Assembly (NCBI GenBank): GCA_016867415.1 | Contig: VGJO01000002.1 | Span: 6,835-70,834, forward strand | Source: Candidatus Harrisonbacteria bacterium | Lineage (GTDB): Bacteria; Patescibacteriota; Minisyncoccia; UBA6257; UBA11618 | Direction: 5' to 3' | DNA: 64,000 bases | Shown: one piece after another, positions 46,286-55,570 of the stretch | Layout: every line of letters begins with the position of its first letter | Position numbering within the stretch: position 1 is the first letter of the stretch | Notes under the pieces: model-generated | Databases searched by the model: none | What the model was told of the DNA's origin: nothing | What the model saw: the letters and a program-made list of their open reading frames with translations, nothing else | Program-made: the position numbers and the translations under genes

Positions 46286-47158
46286 TTAAAGATGCTTCCA
46301 GGGAAGAGGCCGTCCCCTAAGTAACCGAAAGCCCGCAGCCGCCGGATGTCCACCACCATTATACTTTTCCGCAATCTTTGCCACATCTATCTTTCCATCC
46401 GCCTTTGCTCTAAGTGACACCCCAATCTGATCCTTAAAATCAAAATAAATAATCGCTATTCCCCCATATTTTTCATAGAGCCGCTCCCCCAAACGCGAAG
46501 CAAAAAAGTGCGGCGCGTTCACCGCCCATCCTTTCACTCCCTCAAAGCTTATGGGATATGCTTCAAGCAAAAGATCATCCAAAATTTTTTCCTGAAAGCC
46601 ATATAGGTACTTCCCCTGCGCCACAATCTTTTTCCTCCCCTCCGCTCGCTCATACTGCCGAGCAATCTTGTCCCAAGTCGCAAAATCCCATTTCTGTGTT
46701 TTGAGATAAAAATGAAGAAATTTTGCCTCCTCCACATATTTCCCTTTCCAAAGATCTCCGTCCTGGACCACCTTCACAAACCGCGGAACAGTTTTCTTTG
46801 GATGAAAATATGGGAAAGCCAGCCCCGCTCCTGAGTGAGTTAAATCAAACACATTTTCCGTAAAAAAATCCTTATACTTTTCTGCCGACACGTGGTGATC
46901 AATAAAGATTACCTTGATCCCGCTATCTCGAAGCCATTCCATCCGCTCTTTGATAAACGAGTAATCAATGAGATACACTTCGTTGTATTTCCTCTCCGTC
47001 ACTTCTTTGGGAATCTCTTCCCGATTGAAACAAGCAAAATACTCCGCCCTCTTCCCAAACTTCTTCCAGGCCGCAAAAGCCCCTGTCATCCCATCTTCAC
47101 ATCCCCCGTGATAGAGTACTGCGGGCTTCTTCACCTTCTTATCTTCTGTCCGCTTCAT
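46286..47158 (-). CDS. nrnA: DHH/DHHA1-family phosphoesterase (NrnA-like oligoribonuclease/pAp phosphatase)
   Basis: DHH motif (IFIDHH) and DHHA1 GGGH motif (GGGHPAAAGF). Confidence 0.8.
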   Translation of the reverse strand: MKRTEDKKVKKPAVLYHGGCEDGMTGAFAAWKKFGKRAEYFACFNREEIPKEVTERKYNEVYLIDYSFIKERMEWLRDSGIKVIFIDHHVSAEKYKDFFTENVFDLTHSGAGLAFPYFHPKKTVPRFVKVVQDGDLWKGKYVEEAKFLHFYLKTQKWDFATWDKIARQYERAEGRKKIVAQGKYLYGFQEKILDDLLLEAYPISFEGVKGWAVNAPHFFASRLGERLYEKYGGIAIIYFDFKDQIGVSLRAKADGKIDVAKIAEKYNGGGHPAAAGFRLLRGRPLPWKHL

Positions 47159-47165
47159 ATCAAAT

Positions 47166-47441
47166 CTATCTTCCTAAAAATCTTTTCTCCAATATCTCTA
47201 TTCTATCTTTTAAAGCTTCATACTCATGCCGATAAATAATATTCTGAAGATTTTTACGAATAGCAATAATTTCCATTTCTAAAGAATCCACTTTTATTTC
47301 GAGAGAATCAATTTTTTTCTCTAATTTTTCTTCCATATTATCCATTCTTTCATTCTCATTAAAAAAACCCTCCTGTGTCATCTGCGCGAGAGTATGCATT
47401 ATCTCTCCCAAGCCTCCTAAAGTCATTTTTTCCGAAGCCAT
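47166..47441 (-). CDS. Small coiled-coil protein, hypothetical
   Basis: 91-aa ORF, heptad-rich. Confidence 0.4.
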   Translation of the reverse strand: MASEKMTLGGLGEIMHTLAQMTQEGFFNENERMDNMEEKLEKKIDSLEIKVDSLEMEIIAIRKNLQNIIYRHEYEALKDRIEILEKRFLGR

Positions 47442-47479
47442 ATTCTACACAATATACACCAAATCCATATAAAAAAGAA

Positions 47480-47804
47480 AAAACCCCCACGCTGTTAGCA
47501 TGGGGGAATCTGATTGACCACTCTTGCTCTTCAAATTGAGGGGAATGAAAGAACCGAAGAGCGAGAGAGTGTTAGGTTTTGTTCAAGATCGCTTGAACAG
47601 TGGCTTATACTTCCGAAAAGTGGAAGGAGAGACCGCCACACCTGTCATTTAAGAAAGATCTCAGTCATGTCTTCTAGTCTTTAAAAACATAACCGGCGTC
47701 CCAAATTCTCTTGCGAGAGGGGCACGACTTTCGATACCTGCTATTTCAAAAGATTAAAGAGTGGAGTTTTAATATTTCTCTCTTATATACTCTTCACCTT
47801 TTCT
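47480..47804 (-). ncRNA. Candidate novel structured ncRNA (about 320 nt), class unknown; own consensus promoter and intrinsic terminator
   Basis: Minus-strand TTGACA (47839-47834) / 17-bp spacer / TATAAT (47816-47811); no ORF >=60 aa; terminator CCCCCAUGCUAACAGCGUGGGGG + U-run at 47516-47480; internal 12-bp stem CUCUUGCUCUUC/GAAGAGCGAGAG and GUUCAAG-AUCG-CUUGAAC hairpin. Confidence 0.5.
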
Positions 47805-47810
47805 AATATA

Positions 47811-47839
47811 ATTATAGCAAACCATAATAAACTTGTCAA
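47811..47839 (-). promoter_or_regulatory. Perfect consensus sigma70 promoter (minus strand TTGACA-17-TATAAT) for the candidate ncRNA
   Basis: Reverse complement of 47811-47839 = TTGACAAGTTTATTATGGTTTGCTATAAT. Confidence 0.7.
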
Positions 47840-47861
47840 TACAAATCTGCTAAAATCACCA

Positions 47862-47895
47862 AAAAAGCCCTTAAAATTGGCTTTTTTGGTAGTTT
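47862..47895. terminator. Bidirectional terminator downstream of rpmA
   Basis: AAAAAAGCC CUUAAAAUU GGCUUUUUU. Confidence 0.6.
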
Positions 47896-47912
47896 TTATA
47901 TCGATTTTTTAA

Positions 47913-48185
47913 TTATAAAACCGACACTTCCTTAAGATTCCGGGTCCGGCCATCAAACCTGGTCTTTTTTCTATCCTTAAAAGACACTACCCCCGCCTTT
48001 CCGGCATAAAGTGTGTCATCTCCACCCCTTTTTACACCAATTCCCTCTATGTAATGACTTCCTCGCTGCCGAAGGATGATCTGGCCGGGTTCTACTACCT
48101 GTCCATGATTAATTTTGACTCCAAGGCGCTTAGCTCGTGAATCTCTGCCATTTTTAGTACTACCGCCCGATTTAGTTTGTGCCAT
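47913..48185 (-). CDS. rpmA: 50S ribosomal protein L27 (no adjacent rplU)
   Basis: MAQTKSGGSTKNGRDSRAKRLGVK typical L27 start. Confidence 0.93.
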   Translation of the reverse strand: MAQTKSGGSTKNGRDSRAKRLGVKINHGQVVEPGQIILRQRGSHYIEGIGVKRGGDDTLYAGKAGVVSFKDRKKTRFDGRTRNLKEVSVL

Positions 48186-48405
48186 ACCTCTTATATATAC
48201 GCCTTACTTTTTCGATTAATTTCTACTTTTTTCTTGAGCGGAATCCTCATTTACTCAGCTCTGGTATGCTGCAGCTCCTGCTCAGAAAAAAAGTAGAAAT
48301 TTCCTCGAAAAATTCTATGCTTAGTTGATTGCTTAGTCCCAAAATTACCTCATTAAAGTAATCTGAGCTTGTTTTTATTGTAGGTTTTATTATATTACAG
48401 AAGAT

Positions 48406-48549
48406 ATGGAAATGTCAAAGGGTCAGATAATAGTTTTCTTTTTGTTTTTCATTCTCGCCTTTATTGGTGGATTTTTTCTCGGCGCTCGTTATGAAGGTAA
48501 AAAAGACCGCGCCCCCATCATTATTGAAAAAGCCACAATAAATCAATAA
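48406..48549 (+). CDS. Possible small membrane protein (47 aa)
   Basis: ATG ORF MEMSKGQIIVFFLFFILAFIGGFFLGARYEGKKDRAPIIIEKATINQ immediately upstream of pgk; single TM helix. Confidence 0.3.
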   Translation: MEMSKGQIIVFFLFFILAFIGGFFLGARYEGKKDRAPIIIEKATINQ

Positions 48550-48558
48550 TATAAATAC

Positions 48559-49524
48559 ATGAAATTATTAAGCGACCTTTCCCAAGAAAGTCTCTTGGGA
48601 AAGAGAGTGCTTACGAGAATTAATCTCGATATCAAGCAAGCCGGCGACGCCTACCGCCTAGAAGCCGCCCTCCCGACTCTCCGCTATATTCTAGAAGCCG
48701 GCGGAAAGCCCGTCCTCCTCTCCCACCGCGGCCGCCCTCTAAAGAAAGACAAAAAATTATCCCTAGAGCCATTCATTGGCGAGCTTCAGACTAAACTTGG
48801 TGAATCTATAGATTGGCTAGAAAACCTTCGCTTTGACGAACGAGAGATGACGGGTGACTTAGAATACGCCGAGAGTCTTGCCAGTCGCGGCGACCTTTAT
48901 GTAAATGATGATTTTGCCACCAGTCATCGTGCCCATGCTTCGATCGTCGGCATCACCAATTTTCTTCCCTCCTATGCTGGTCTCCATCTTGCCGAAGAAG
49001 TTCGCATCCTCTCCGAAGCCCGCGACAATCCCAAGACTCCCCTCGTAGTCATCCTCGGTGGTATTAAAGTTGAGGACAAAGTCGGTGTCATCGAACATCT
49101 CCTCCCTAAAGCCAAAGCCATCCTTATGGGCAGCGCCTATCATAAAGCCGATCATCCCGCTCTTCTCCATGATTCGGTCCTTCTTCCTCTCGATGAAGTA
49201 AGAAACAATGATGGTGAATCCCGAGACATTGGCAAAAAAACTATCGCCCTCTATAAAAAAGCGCTTGAAGGTGCTGCAACCATTATCTGGGCCGGACCGC
49301 TAGGCGAAGTAGAGAAAAAAAAATTTGCCACAGGCTCCCGTGAAATCATGGCCGCCATCGTGGAAAGCGACGCCTTCAGTATTGTTGGTGGCGGCGACAC
49401 CACCGCCTTCCTAATGAAAGAAAATACCTTAAAAAAATTCAGCTTCGTCTCCACAGGCGGCGGTGCCATGCTCGCCTTCATGGCCGGCGCCGAGCTCCCC
49501 GGCCTCAAAGCTCTCCAAAAATAA
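48559..49524 (+). CDS. pgk: Phosphoglycerate kinase, compact (321 aa)
   Basis: LSHRGRP, NDDFATSHRAHAS, STGGGA motifs of PGK. Confidence 0.85.
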   Translation: MKLLSDLSQESLLGKRVLTRINLDIKQAGDAYRLEAALPTLRYILEAGGKPVLLSHRGRPLKKDKKLSLEPFIGELQTKLGESIDWLENLRFDEREMTGDLEYAESLASRGDLYVNDDFATSHRAHASIVGITNFLPSYAGLHLAEEVRILSEARDNPKTPLVVILGGIKVEDKVGVIEHLLPKAKAILMGSAYHKADHPALLHDSVLLPLDEVRNNDGESRDIGKKTIALYKKALEGAATIIWAGPLGEVEKKKFATGSREIMAAIVESDAFSIVGGGDTTAFLMKENTLKKFSFVSTGGGAMLAFMAGAELPGLKALQK

Positions 49525-49543
49525 TCCTCTAACAAGTCAATTT

Positions 49544-49594
49544 GAGTGAAGGACTTACTGAAAAAAGGGAAAAATCGCCAAAAGTATGAGTGTC
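49544..49594 (+). repeat. Dispersed repeat family, short copy I between convergent pgk and rplI
   Basis: GGGAAAAATCGCCAAAAGTATGAGTGTC. Confidence 0.65.
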
Positions 49595-50020
49595 CTACTT
49601 CCTAACTATCTTTAATTTCACTTTTCCCCCCACCCCCATTGGCCATCTTACCTCAATCTCTTCCTCTCCTAGCTTCTTAATTGTTTGTTTCAGTAAGACC
49701 TTCTCCTCTTTCACTCCTTTTTGTTCTAATTCTTTCTCTATCCTCTCTCGATTCACTCCTTCAAACACCTGGCCCCTATCCCCTGCAGAAACAGCAATCT
49801 CTATCCCCTCCGACTTTATTTTTTCGTATTCCTTTTCATATCGCGCTTTGCGCGCCTCCTCCTCCCGCTCCGCCTCCTTTTTCATACCTATCGCCCGCTC
49901 ATCCGAAAAAATCCCCAATCCTTTTTTAATAAGAAAATTCCTCCCATACCCCTCCGCCACATCTACTACTTGATTTCGCCGCCCCACTCCCTTCACGTCC
50001 TTTATAAGTAAGACTCTCAT
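49595..50020 (-). CDS. rplI: 50S ribosomal protein L9 (start MRVLLIKD)
   Basis: N-terminal L9 motif VILLKDVKGVG... FLIKKGLG. Confidence 0.88.
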   Translation of the reverse strand: MRVLLIKDVKGVGRRNQVVDVAEGYGRNFLIKKGLGIFSDERAIGMKKEAEREEEARKARYEKEYEKIKSEGIEIAVSAGDRGQVFEGVNRERIEKELEQKGVKEEKVLLKQTIKKLGEEEIEVRWPMGVGGKVKLKIVRK

Positions 50021-50097
50021 ACAGCAGAAAAATATCAAATTTTCTCAATCTTGTCATTATTGTTTTCTCATCCCCTTCTCTAATATAATAAAGACCT

Positions 50098-50790
50098 ATG
50101 AAAATATTTTTTTCAATTCTCGCCCTCATCATTATCCTTGGCACCAGCGCTTATTTTTTTCTGAAAGATCCTGCCTCCAATGACAATACTCCTCCCGCAA
50201 TCGCAACAAGTACCCAAAGCACCTCGACTCAAGCCATCACTCCCGCCGAGATACTCGTTGTCGTTCCTGAAAAATCTACCCTCACTTGGACAGGTAACAA
50301 AATCATCCTGAAAAACTGGATCGACCAAGGTACCATCAAAATAAAAAGTGGCGAGCTTAGCCTCTCTGAAGCTGGTGATCCCATATCTAGCACCTTTGTC
50401 GTCGACATGACTTCAATCAAAGTCGAAAAGACTGGCATGGGCGCGAAAGGCATCCCGATTCTTACCAAAGTTTTGACCTCCCCTGAGTGGTTTAATAGTG
50501 CCACCTTCACCGCCTCCACTTTCGTGGCAAAAAATGTGGTAAAGAATTCCGACGGCACCTACGCCTTGAAAGGCGACCTCACAATCAAAGACAAGACGAA
50601 TCCTCAGGAAATCTCCGGCAAGCTCGAAAAGTCCGGCGACATCTATACCTTCGTAGGCAAGGCTGAAGTCGATCGCACTCTCTATGAAATTCGCTTTGGT
50701 TCCACTAAATTCTTCGATAATCTTGGGGATGGAATCGTCGCCGACAATTTTACTCTCGACTTCAAAATTACCTTCGCATCTGTGAAGTAA
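50098..50790 (+). CDS. YceI-family periplasmic (polyisoprenoid-binding) protein
   Basis: Signal/TM N-terminus; YceI-like 8-strand barrel signature (STLTWTG.K, FFD, RTLYEIRFG). Confidence 0.7.
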   Translation: MKIFFSILALIIILGTSAYFFLKDPASNDNTPPAIATSTQSTSTQAITPAEILVVVPEKSTLTWTGNKIILKNWIDQGTIKIKSGELSLSEAGDPISSTFVVDMTSIKVEKTGMGAKGIPILTKVLTSPEWFNSATFTASTFVAKNVVKNSDGTYALKGDLTIKDKTNPQEISGKLEKSGDIYTFVGKAEVDRTLYEIRFGSTKFFDNLGDGIVADNFTLDFKITFASVK

Positions 50791-50929
50791 TCTAGGAATA
50801 CTTTGCATTCAAAGCATTCGCTAATCGCATGAAGAAATCCCTTCAATACAATATTATATTGAAGGGATTTCTTTTTACGCAGATTCCTATTAAATTTGAC
50901 ACTAATAAAATAGAAAAGATGAACGCAAA

Positions 50930-51003
50930 GGAGCATACTGTGAGAAGTATGTGAGAAACCATTACAGAAAAAAAATCAAAAAAGACCAAAAAGTACGAGT
51001 GCC
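50930..51003 (+). repeat. Dispersed repeat family, short (74-nt) copy F; ends 15 nt before the ctpA stop
   Basis: GGAGCATACTGTGAGAAGTATGTGAGAAACC...GAAAAAAAATCAAAAAAGACCAAAAAGTACGAGTGCC. Confidence 0.8.
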
Positions 51004-51018
51004 AAGAAGACTTCTGGT

Positions 51019-52302
51019 TTATTTTATAAGACTCCGAAGTATCTCTTCAGCCTTCAAATATTGAGTATCTTTTTTATTTTTAAAGTCTTCTTCACTCAAC
51101 TTCACCTCATAATCCGGCTTAATCCCATTCCCATCAATAACAAACCCCTTCGGCATCACCCAATGGGCAATCGTAAGTTTCACTGACGACCCATCTGGCA
51201 AATTTTTTAGTTCCTGAATCGTCCCCTTTCCAAACGATGTCTCCCCGATAATCGGCGTCCCTTTCTGATCCCGCAAAGCCCCCGCAAGAATCTCCGATGC
51301 GGAAGCCGATCCTTTATTTAACAAAACCACAATGGGAAAGTCCTTAAGCTCCGCATTCCCATGAGCAAGGAACTCCTGCTTCCTCCCATTTCGTCCCTCT
51401 TCATAGACCACTATCTTTCCCCTCTCTATAAAGATTCCGGCAATATCCACCGATACCTCAAGATACCCTCCTGGATTATTCCGAATATCAAGCACTATCC
51501 CCCGAGCCCCATCTCTAAGAGCTTCATTGATTTTATCTACAAAAAGCTGCCCGGAATTCTGATTGAAATTAAAAAGCTGAATATGTGCTATTCCTCCGTC
51601 TTTTTTAGTATAGGCCACCGATGGCAATTTTATTTCCTCGCGCACAATCGTCACTTCTTTTGACTTCTCATCATTTCCTTGAAGCAAAGTTAAAATCACC
51701 TTCGTACCAATCTCCCCGCGGATCATTTTCACCGTTTTTTCCAGCGCCATATTAGTCGTAGAAGAGCCATTAATCGCAAGAATTTTATCGCCTGGTTTCA
51801 GTCCTGCTCGCTCCGCCGGTGAGTCTTTCAAAGGTGCAATCACCACTGTAAAGTTCCCCTTCACTCCAATCTCTGCTCCAATTCCACCAAACTCTCCCTT
51901 GATATCATCCGCAAACCTTTTTGACTCCTCCGGTGGAAAAAATACGGAATATGGATCAGAAAGAGCGTCTACTAGTCCTAAAGCACTCCCCTGCACCATC
52001 TTCTCATTACTTATTTTATCCACTAGTAAATAATCCTTATTAATAAGATCCCAAGTCAGCCAAAAGGTATTAAAATCAGCGTTCCGTATCTCTGCTCCCT
52101 GCAGATTATCCACTCCTTTCACGATCACCGTCTTCGGACTCATCCGACCGATAAAGTAGCCATTAACTCCCGAAGCAATCACAAGTCCAATACCTAAAAG
52201 TATCCAAATGAACTTAAATCCAAATGCTGTTTTTTGCTTTGGCGCCGCAAGCAAAAACTCTTTTCCCTCTGGTATCATTTTTTCTGTCTCCATATTCATC
52301 AT
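51019..52302 (-). CDS. ctpA: Carboxy-terminal processing protease (S41) with PDZ domain
   Basis: PDZ (GLKPGDKILAING), catalytic Ser in GSASASE, Lys in DIRNNPGG region. Confidence 0.88.
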   Translation of the reverse strand: MMNMETEKMIPEGKEFLLAAPKQKTAFGFKFIWILLGIGLVIASGVNGYFIGRMSPKTVIVKGVDNLQGAEIRNADFNTFWLTWDLINKDYLLVDKISNEKMVQGSALGLVDALSDPYSVFFPPEESKRFADDIKGEFGGIGAEIGVKGNFTVVIAPLKDSPAERAGLKPGDKILAINGSSTTNMALEKTVKMIRGEIGTKVILTLLQGNDEKSKEVTIVREEIKLPSVAYTKKDGGIAHIQLFNFNQNSGQLFVDKINEALRDGARGIVLDIRNNPGGYLEVSVDIAGIFIERGKIVVYEEGRNGRKQEFLAHGNAELKDFPIVVLLNKGSASASEILAGALRDQKGTPIIGETSFGKGTIQELKNLPDGSSVKLTIAHWVMPKGFVIDGNGIKPDYEVKLSEEDFKNKKDTQYLKAEEILRSLIK

Positions 52303-52467
52303 TCAAGATCAACTATGAAATCTATATTTAATAAAAAAATTTCTTTAAAATTCAACCCATCTATTATATCCCACCTCCTCTTTTTTTCCTATAAGGATTA
52401 TTCCCCTAGTGGTATACTAAAAGGAAAGACAGTTGATATTGCCAATAAATATTTTTTATAGTAATAT

Positions 52468-52809
52468 ATGAATCTCTTTGGAAATATCTCTTTGGAAAAA
52501 TATCGGAAAACTCTCGGGGAACGCAAAAAAATAACTCGCGTTCATCATGATTTTCAGCTTCTCGGCATCGAGCTTTCTCAAATTCTTTGCGATACAAAAC
52601 ATAAAACTCTCTATATCAAACTCGCCAAATTTGGCGGCAAAGACAAAGATTATCTTCTCCGCCTCGCCAAGTGCGTCGCCGAAAAAAAAGATATTACAAA
52701 CAAAGGCGCTTACTTTATGCGAGTCCTAAAAATAAAAAACGATGACTATCATCACCGTACACAACAAAAAACAAGAACAAATCCTCCGTACCAAAACGGA
52801 CCCTTCTGA
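52468..52809 (+). CDS. Hypothetical protein (its 3' end overlaps the 5' end of def in another frame)
   Basis: 113-aa ORF, no motifs. Confidence 0.3.
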   Translation: MNLFGNISLEKYRKTLGERKKITRVHHDFQLLGIELSQILCDTKHKTLYIKLAKFGGKDKDYLLRLAKCVAEKKDITNKGAYFMRVLKIKNDDYHHRTQQKTRTNPPYQNGPF

Positions 52810-53230
52810 TCTTACAAAAATTTCAGAGAAAGACCGCAGAGCTCTAGCCTATGAGATGCGCCGCATAATGAAGGCTCACGATGGCGTCGGCCTCTCGGCC
52901 AACCAACTCGGCCTCTCACACCGCTTCTTCATCGCCGAAAACAATCGCAAATTCTACGCCATCTGGAATCCAGAGATTTCCAAAATCTCTAATAAAAGCG
53001 CTACTGAAGAAGAAGGTTGCCTCTCGATTCCTGGCGTCTTTGGCCAAGTCTCCCGTTCCATCGCCGTCACTCTTACTGGCCTCGATCTCCGTGGTAAAAA
53101 AGTCTCTCACAAAGCAACTGGTTTCTTAGCCCGCATCTTCCAGCATGAGCTCGACCATCTTGATGGTATTCTCTTCACCGACAAAGCCACTAATATCCGC
53201 GAAGAATCCCTGCCCGTTTCTATACAATAA
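52742..53230 (+). CDS. def: Peptide deformylase
   Basis: GVGLSANQLG, EGCLSIPG, HELDHL motifs. Confidence 0.92.
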   Translation: MTIITVHNKKQEQILRTKTDPSDLTKISEKDRRALAYEMRRIMKAHDGVGLSANQLGLSHRFFIAENNRKFYAIWNPEISKISNKSATEEEGCLSIPGVFGQVSRSIAVTLTGLDLRGKKVSHKATGFLARIFQHELDHLDGILFTDKATNIREESLPVSIQ

Positions 53231-53260
53231 AAAATCACTACAATGTAGTGATTTTTTATT
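53229..53260. terminator. Bidirectional intrinsic terminator between def and the DEAD-box helicase gene
   Basis: AAAAAAUCACUA CAAUG UAGUGAUUUUUU. Confidence 0.85.
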
Positions 53261-53270
53261 GTATAGATTC

Positions 53271-54704
53271 TTAGCGTCGGCCATCATAGCCTCCACTCCG
53301 AAAAGGTTTTCTTCCTGTCTGCCTAGGACCTCTCCTATATCCCGATCGAGAATTACCTCCCCTAAGCGAAGTAAATCCTCCTTCCCTTCGAGAACTAGAT
53401 CCATAATCTCGCGATCCGAATCCTGCGCTCGTACGTCGAGAAAAACCTCCTCTTTCAGCCCCATCTCTCGATCGAAAAGGCCGAGAAGAAAATCCACTGG
53501 TTCTTCGGGGTGAAAACGGTCTTCGAGAATTCGACTCACTGTAGCCTCGGGCGTAGGTGGATCTCTCATGCGATTCCTGAGCCGCCGCCGGTGGCAAGCC
53601 ACTCGCCCGAGATACCTTCACTGCTTTTTTGATCAATCGCTCAATCATCCGAATCTCCCGCTCCTCTTTTGGTAGAGCAAATGAGATAGCCTTTCCCTCC
53701 GCGCCCGCTCGCGCCGTCCGGCCGATGCGATGCACATAGTCCTCGGTCTTGCTTGGCAAATCATAATTTACGACAAGCGATATCCCTTTCACGTCAATTC
53801 CTCGCGCAGCAATATCAGTTGCCACAAGACAGCGATATTCACCCGACTGAAATCCAGAAAGCGCTCTCTTCCGCTGATTAAGCGATCGATTTGAATGAAT
53901 CTCCTCCGCCGTATACCCAGCCCGTTTCAAAGCTACAGTAATATGCTTCGCTCCATGTTTTGTCTTAGAAAAGACTAAAGTCATTCCCTGCGTTTCCTGC
54001 AAAATTTTAAGGAGCAAAGGAATTTTATCTTCCTTCCGCGCAATGAAAAATTCCTGCTCGATCTTATCTACTGTCTTTCCTGGTGGTGACACCTCGATCC
54101 GAAGCGGTGTCTTCATAAACGTCCGGGCGATATCCATCACCGAATCCTCTAGAGTTGCCGAAAAAAGCATCGTCTGCCGTTCCTTGGGCAAGACCTGCAA
54201 GATCTTCCGGATCTGAGGCTCAAAACCCATATCGAGCATCCGATCAGCTTCATCAAGCGCCAAAACACCGACATGAGAGAGGCTCACCGTCCGTTGCTGT
54301 AAGTGATCGATCAGCCGCCCTGGCGTCGCAATGATAATCTGGGGATTACTGCGAAGCGCTCTCACTTGCGGCCCCATTGGCATTCCTCCGATCAAAACTG
54401 CGGTTTTTAGCCCTAAACCTCGACCTACTTTGAGAAGCTCTCGTTCCACCTGTAGCGCCAGTTCCCGTGTCGGTAAAAGTACTAGACCCATCACCCCTTT
54501 CGTCTGCATGAGCGATTGGATCATTGGAATACCAAAAGCCAAGGTCTTTCCCGTCCCCGTCTCCGCGATTCCAATAAGATCCTTGCCTTCTAAAGCAATC
54601 GAGATTGACTTACCCTGGATCGGGGTTGGTGTCTCATAACCAATATTTTTTAATATATTCAAAATCCCCGGGGCAATCCCGAGGTCAGTAAATTGCGTCT
54701 GCAT
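53271..54704 (-). CDS. DEAD-box ATP-dependent RNA helicase with C-terminal Arg/Ser/Gly-rich tail
   Basis: Q-motif, Walker A AETGTGKT, DEAD, SAT, HRIGRTAR motifs. Confidence 0.92.
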   Translation of the reverse strand: MQTQFTDLGIAPGILNILKNIGYETPTPIQGKSISIALEGKDLIGIAETGTGKTLAFGIPMIQSLMQTKGVMGLVLLPTRELALQVERELLKVGRGLGLKTAVLIGGMPMGPQVRALRSNPQIIIATPGRLIDHLQQRTVSLSHVGVLALDEADRMLDMGFEPQIRKILQVLPKERQTMLFSATLEDSVMDIARTFMKTPLRIEVSPPGKTVDKIEQEFFIARKEDKIPLLLKILQETQGMTLVFSKTKHGAKHITVALKRAGYTAEEIHSNRSLNQRKRALSGFQSGEYRCLVATDIAARGIDVKGISLVVNYDLPSKTEDYVHRIGRTARAGAEGKAISFALPKEEREIRMIERLIKKAVKVSRASGLPPAAAQESHERSTYARGYSESNSRRPFSPRRTSGFSSRPFRSRDGAERGGFSRRTSAGFGSRDYGSSSRREGGFTSLRGGNSRSGYRRGPRQTGRKPFRSGGYDGRR

Positions 54705-54904
54705 ATTTGCTAATAATCTGTAATTTTTTATCTAGATCTGCAGTTCGAGGCCGCAGCAGTATCTCCTCATGCCTGAAATCTAGATAAATCACTCAAAGTC
54801 ACCTACCCGTAAAAAATCTAAATTTCCCAAAAGCTTTTGCCACCATATCCAAATCTTGTACTTCTCTTCTGCCCAAGCTTTTCTATGTGAATAATACTGC
54901 CTAT

Positions 54905-54934
54905 ATTATACACTTTAACTATTGAATAAGTCAA
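54905..54934 (-). promoter_or_regulatory. Strong promoter for the helicase gene (minus strand TTGACT-18-TGTATAAT extended -10), giving an about 190-nt structured 5' UTR
   Basis: Reverse complement TTGACTTATTCAATAGTTAAAGTGTATAAT; 5' UTR contains the 11-bp perfect IR TTTATCTAGAT...ATCTAGATAAA (54729-54790). Confidence 0.6.
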
Positions 54935-55570
54935 TAGGTTGTTATTCCAGGCTTGCCTTGCCTCGCCATAGGGTTAGTGAAGGAGGGGGTCGAAATCCAG
55001 TGCATATATTTCTGCCACCATAGGCGGCATTTATAAATTTTCTCCGTTTTTTCGTATTCTTTAATTAATAAATACTAATTTCTAAATACTTATTTCTCTC
55101 CCTATCTACTCAGCCACAATTTACTATTTTCCCATTCCCTGCTATAAAAATTTCGGACCTTTAAAATTTCATGGCAAGAAAATGGAATGGCTAAATAAAT
55201 CAGGTTCTCCTCTTACCCTCCTTTCCCGACACGGAAAATGAAACATCTAGAAGATTTTGTGCTTCTTTCGTGTGCCCCTCTTCAAGAGTCAGGATTGCCT
55301 TTCCTGCAAAGAATCCCTCATCCTTATCTCTTCCCTTATTTCGAGACAGAAGGAAAGAACCCTTCAAAATGGACACGTTCTTCTGTCTCTCCTCTTTTCA
55401 CCAGAGAGAAAAAGCTGATAAAAAAAAGAATGTAAATTTTCTCTGACCTTCATCTTTAATTAGAGAAAACAGCCCGTTTAGTAAAGCCCGCAACTTATCT
55501 CCAATCCCTTCTTCCCTGTTAAAAAACGGGGATTTTTTATCTATAAAAAATCACTCTTGCAGTTTTCATT

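Noticed and set aside
47480-47804. tmRNA (ssrA) for the promoter-terminator non-coding unit
   Set aside because: No tRNA-like ends: no 5' GGGG...GGAUUCGAC acceptor/D-like segment and no GGGGGUUCGAAUCCCCC...CCA 3' end on either strand.
54990-55030. tRNA-like / tmRNA 3' end suggested by GGAGGGGGTCGAAATCC ... CTGCCACCA
   Set aside because: The T-arm lacks a complementary 3' strand (no CCCCC after the loop) and no acceptor stem can be formed; the resemblance is superficial.
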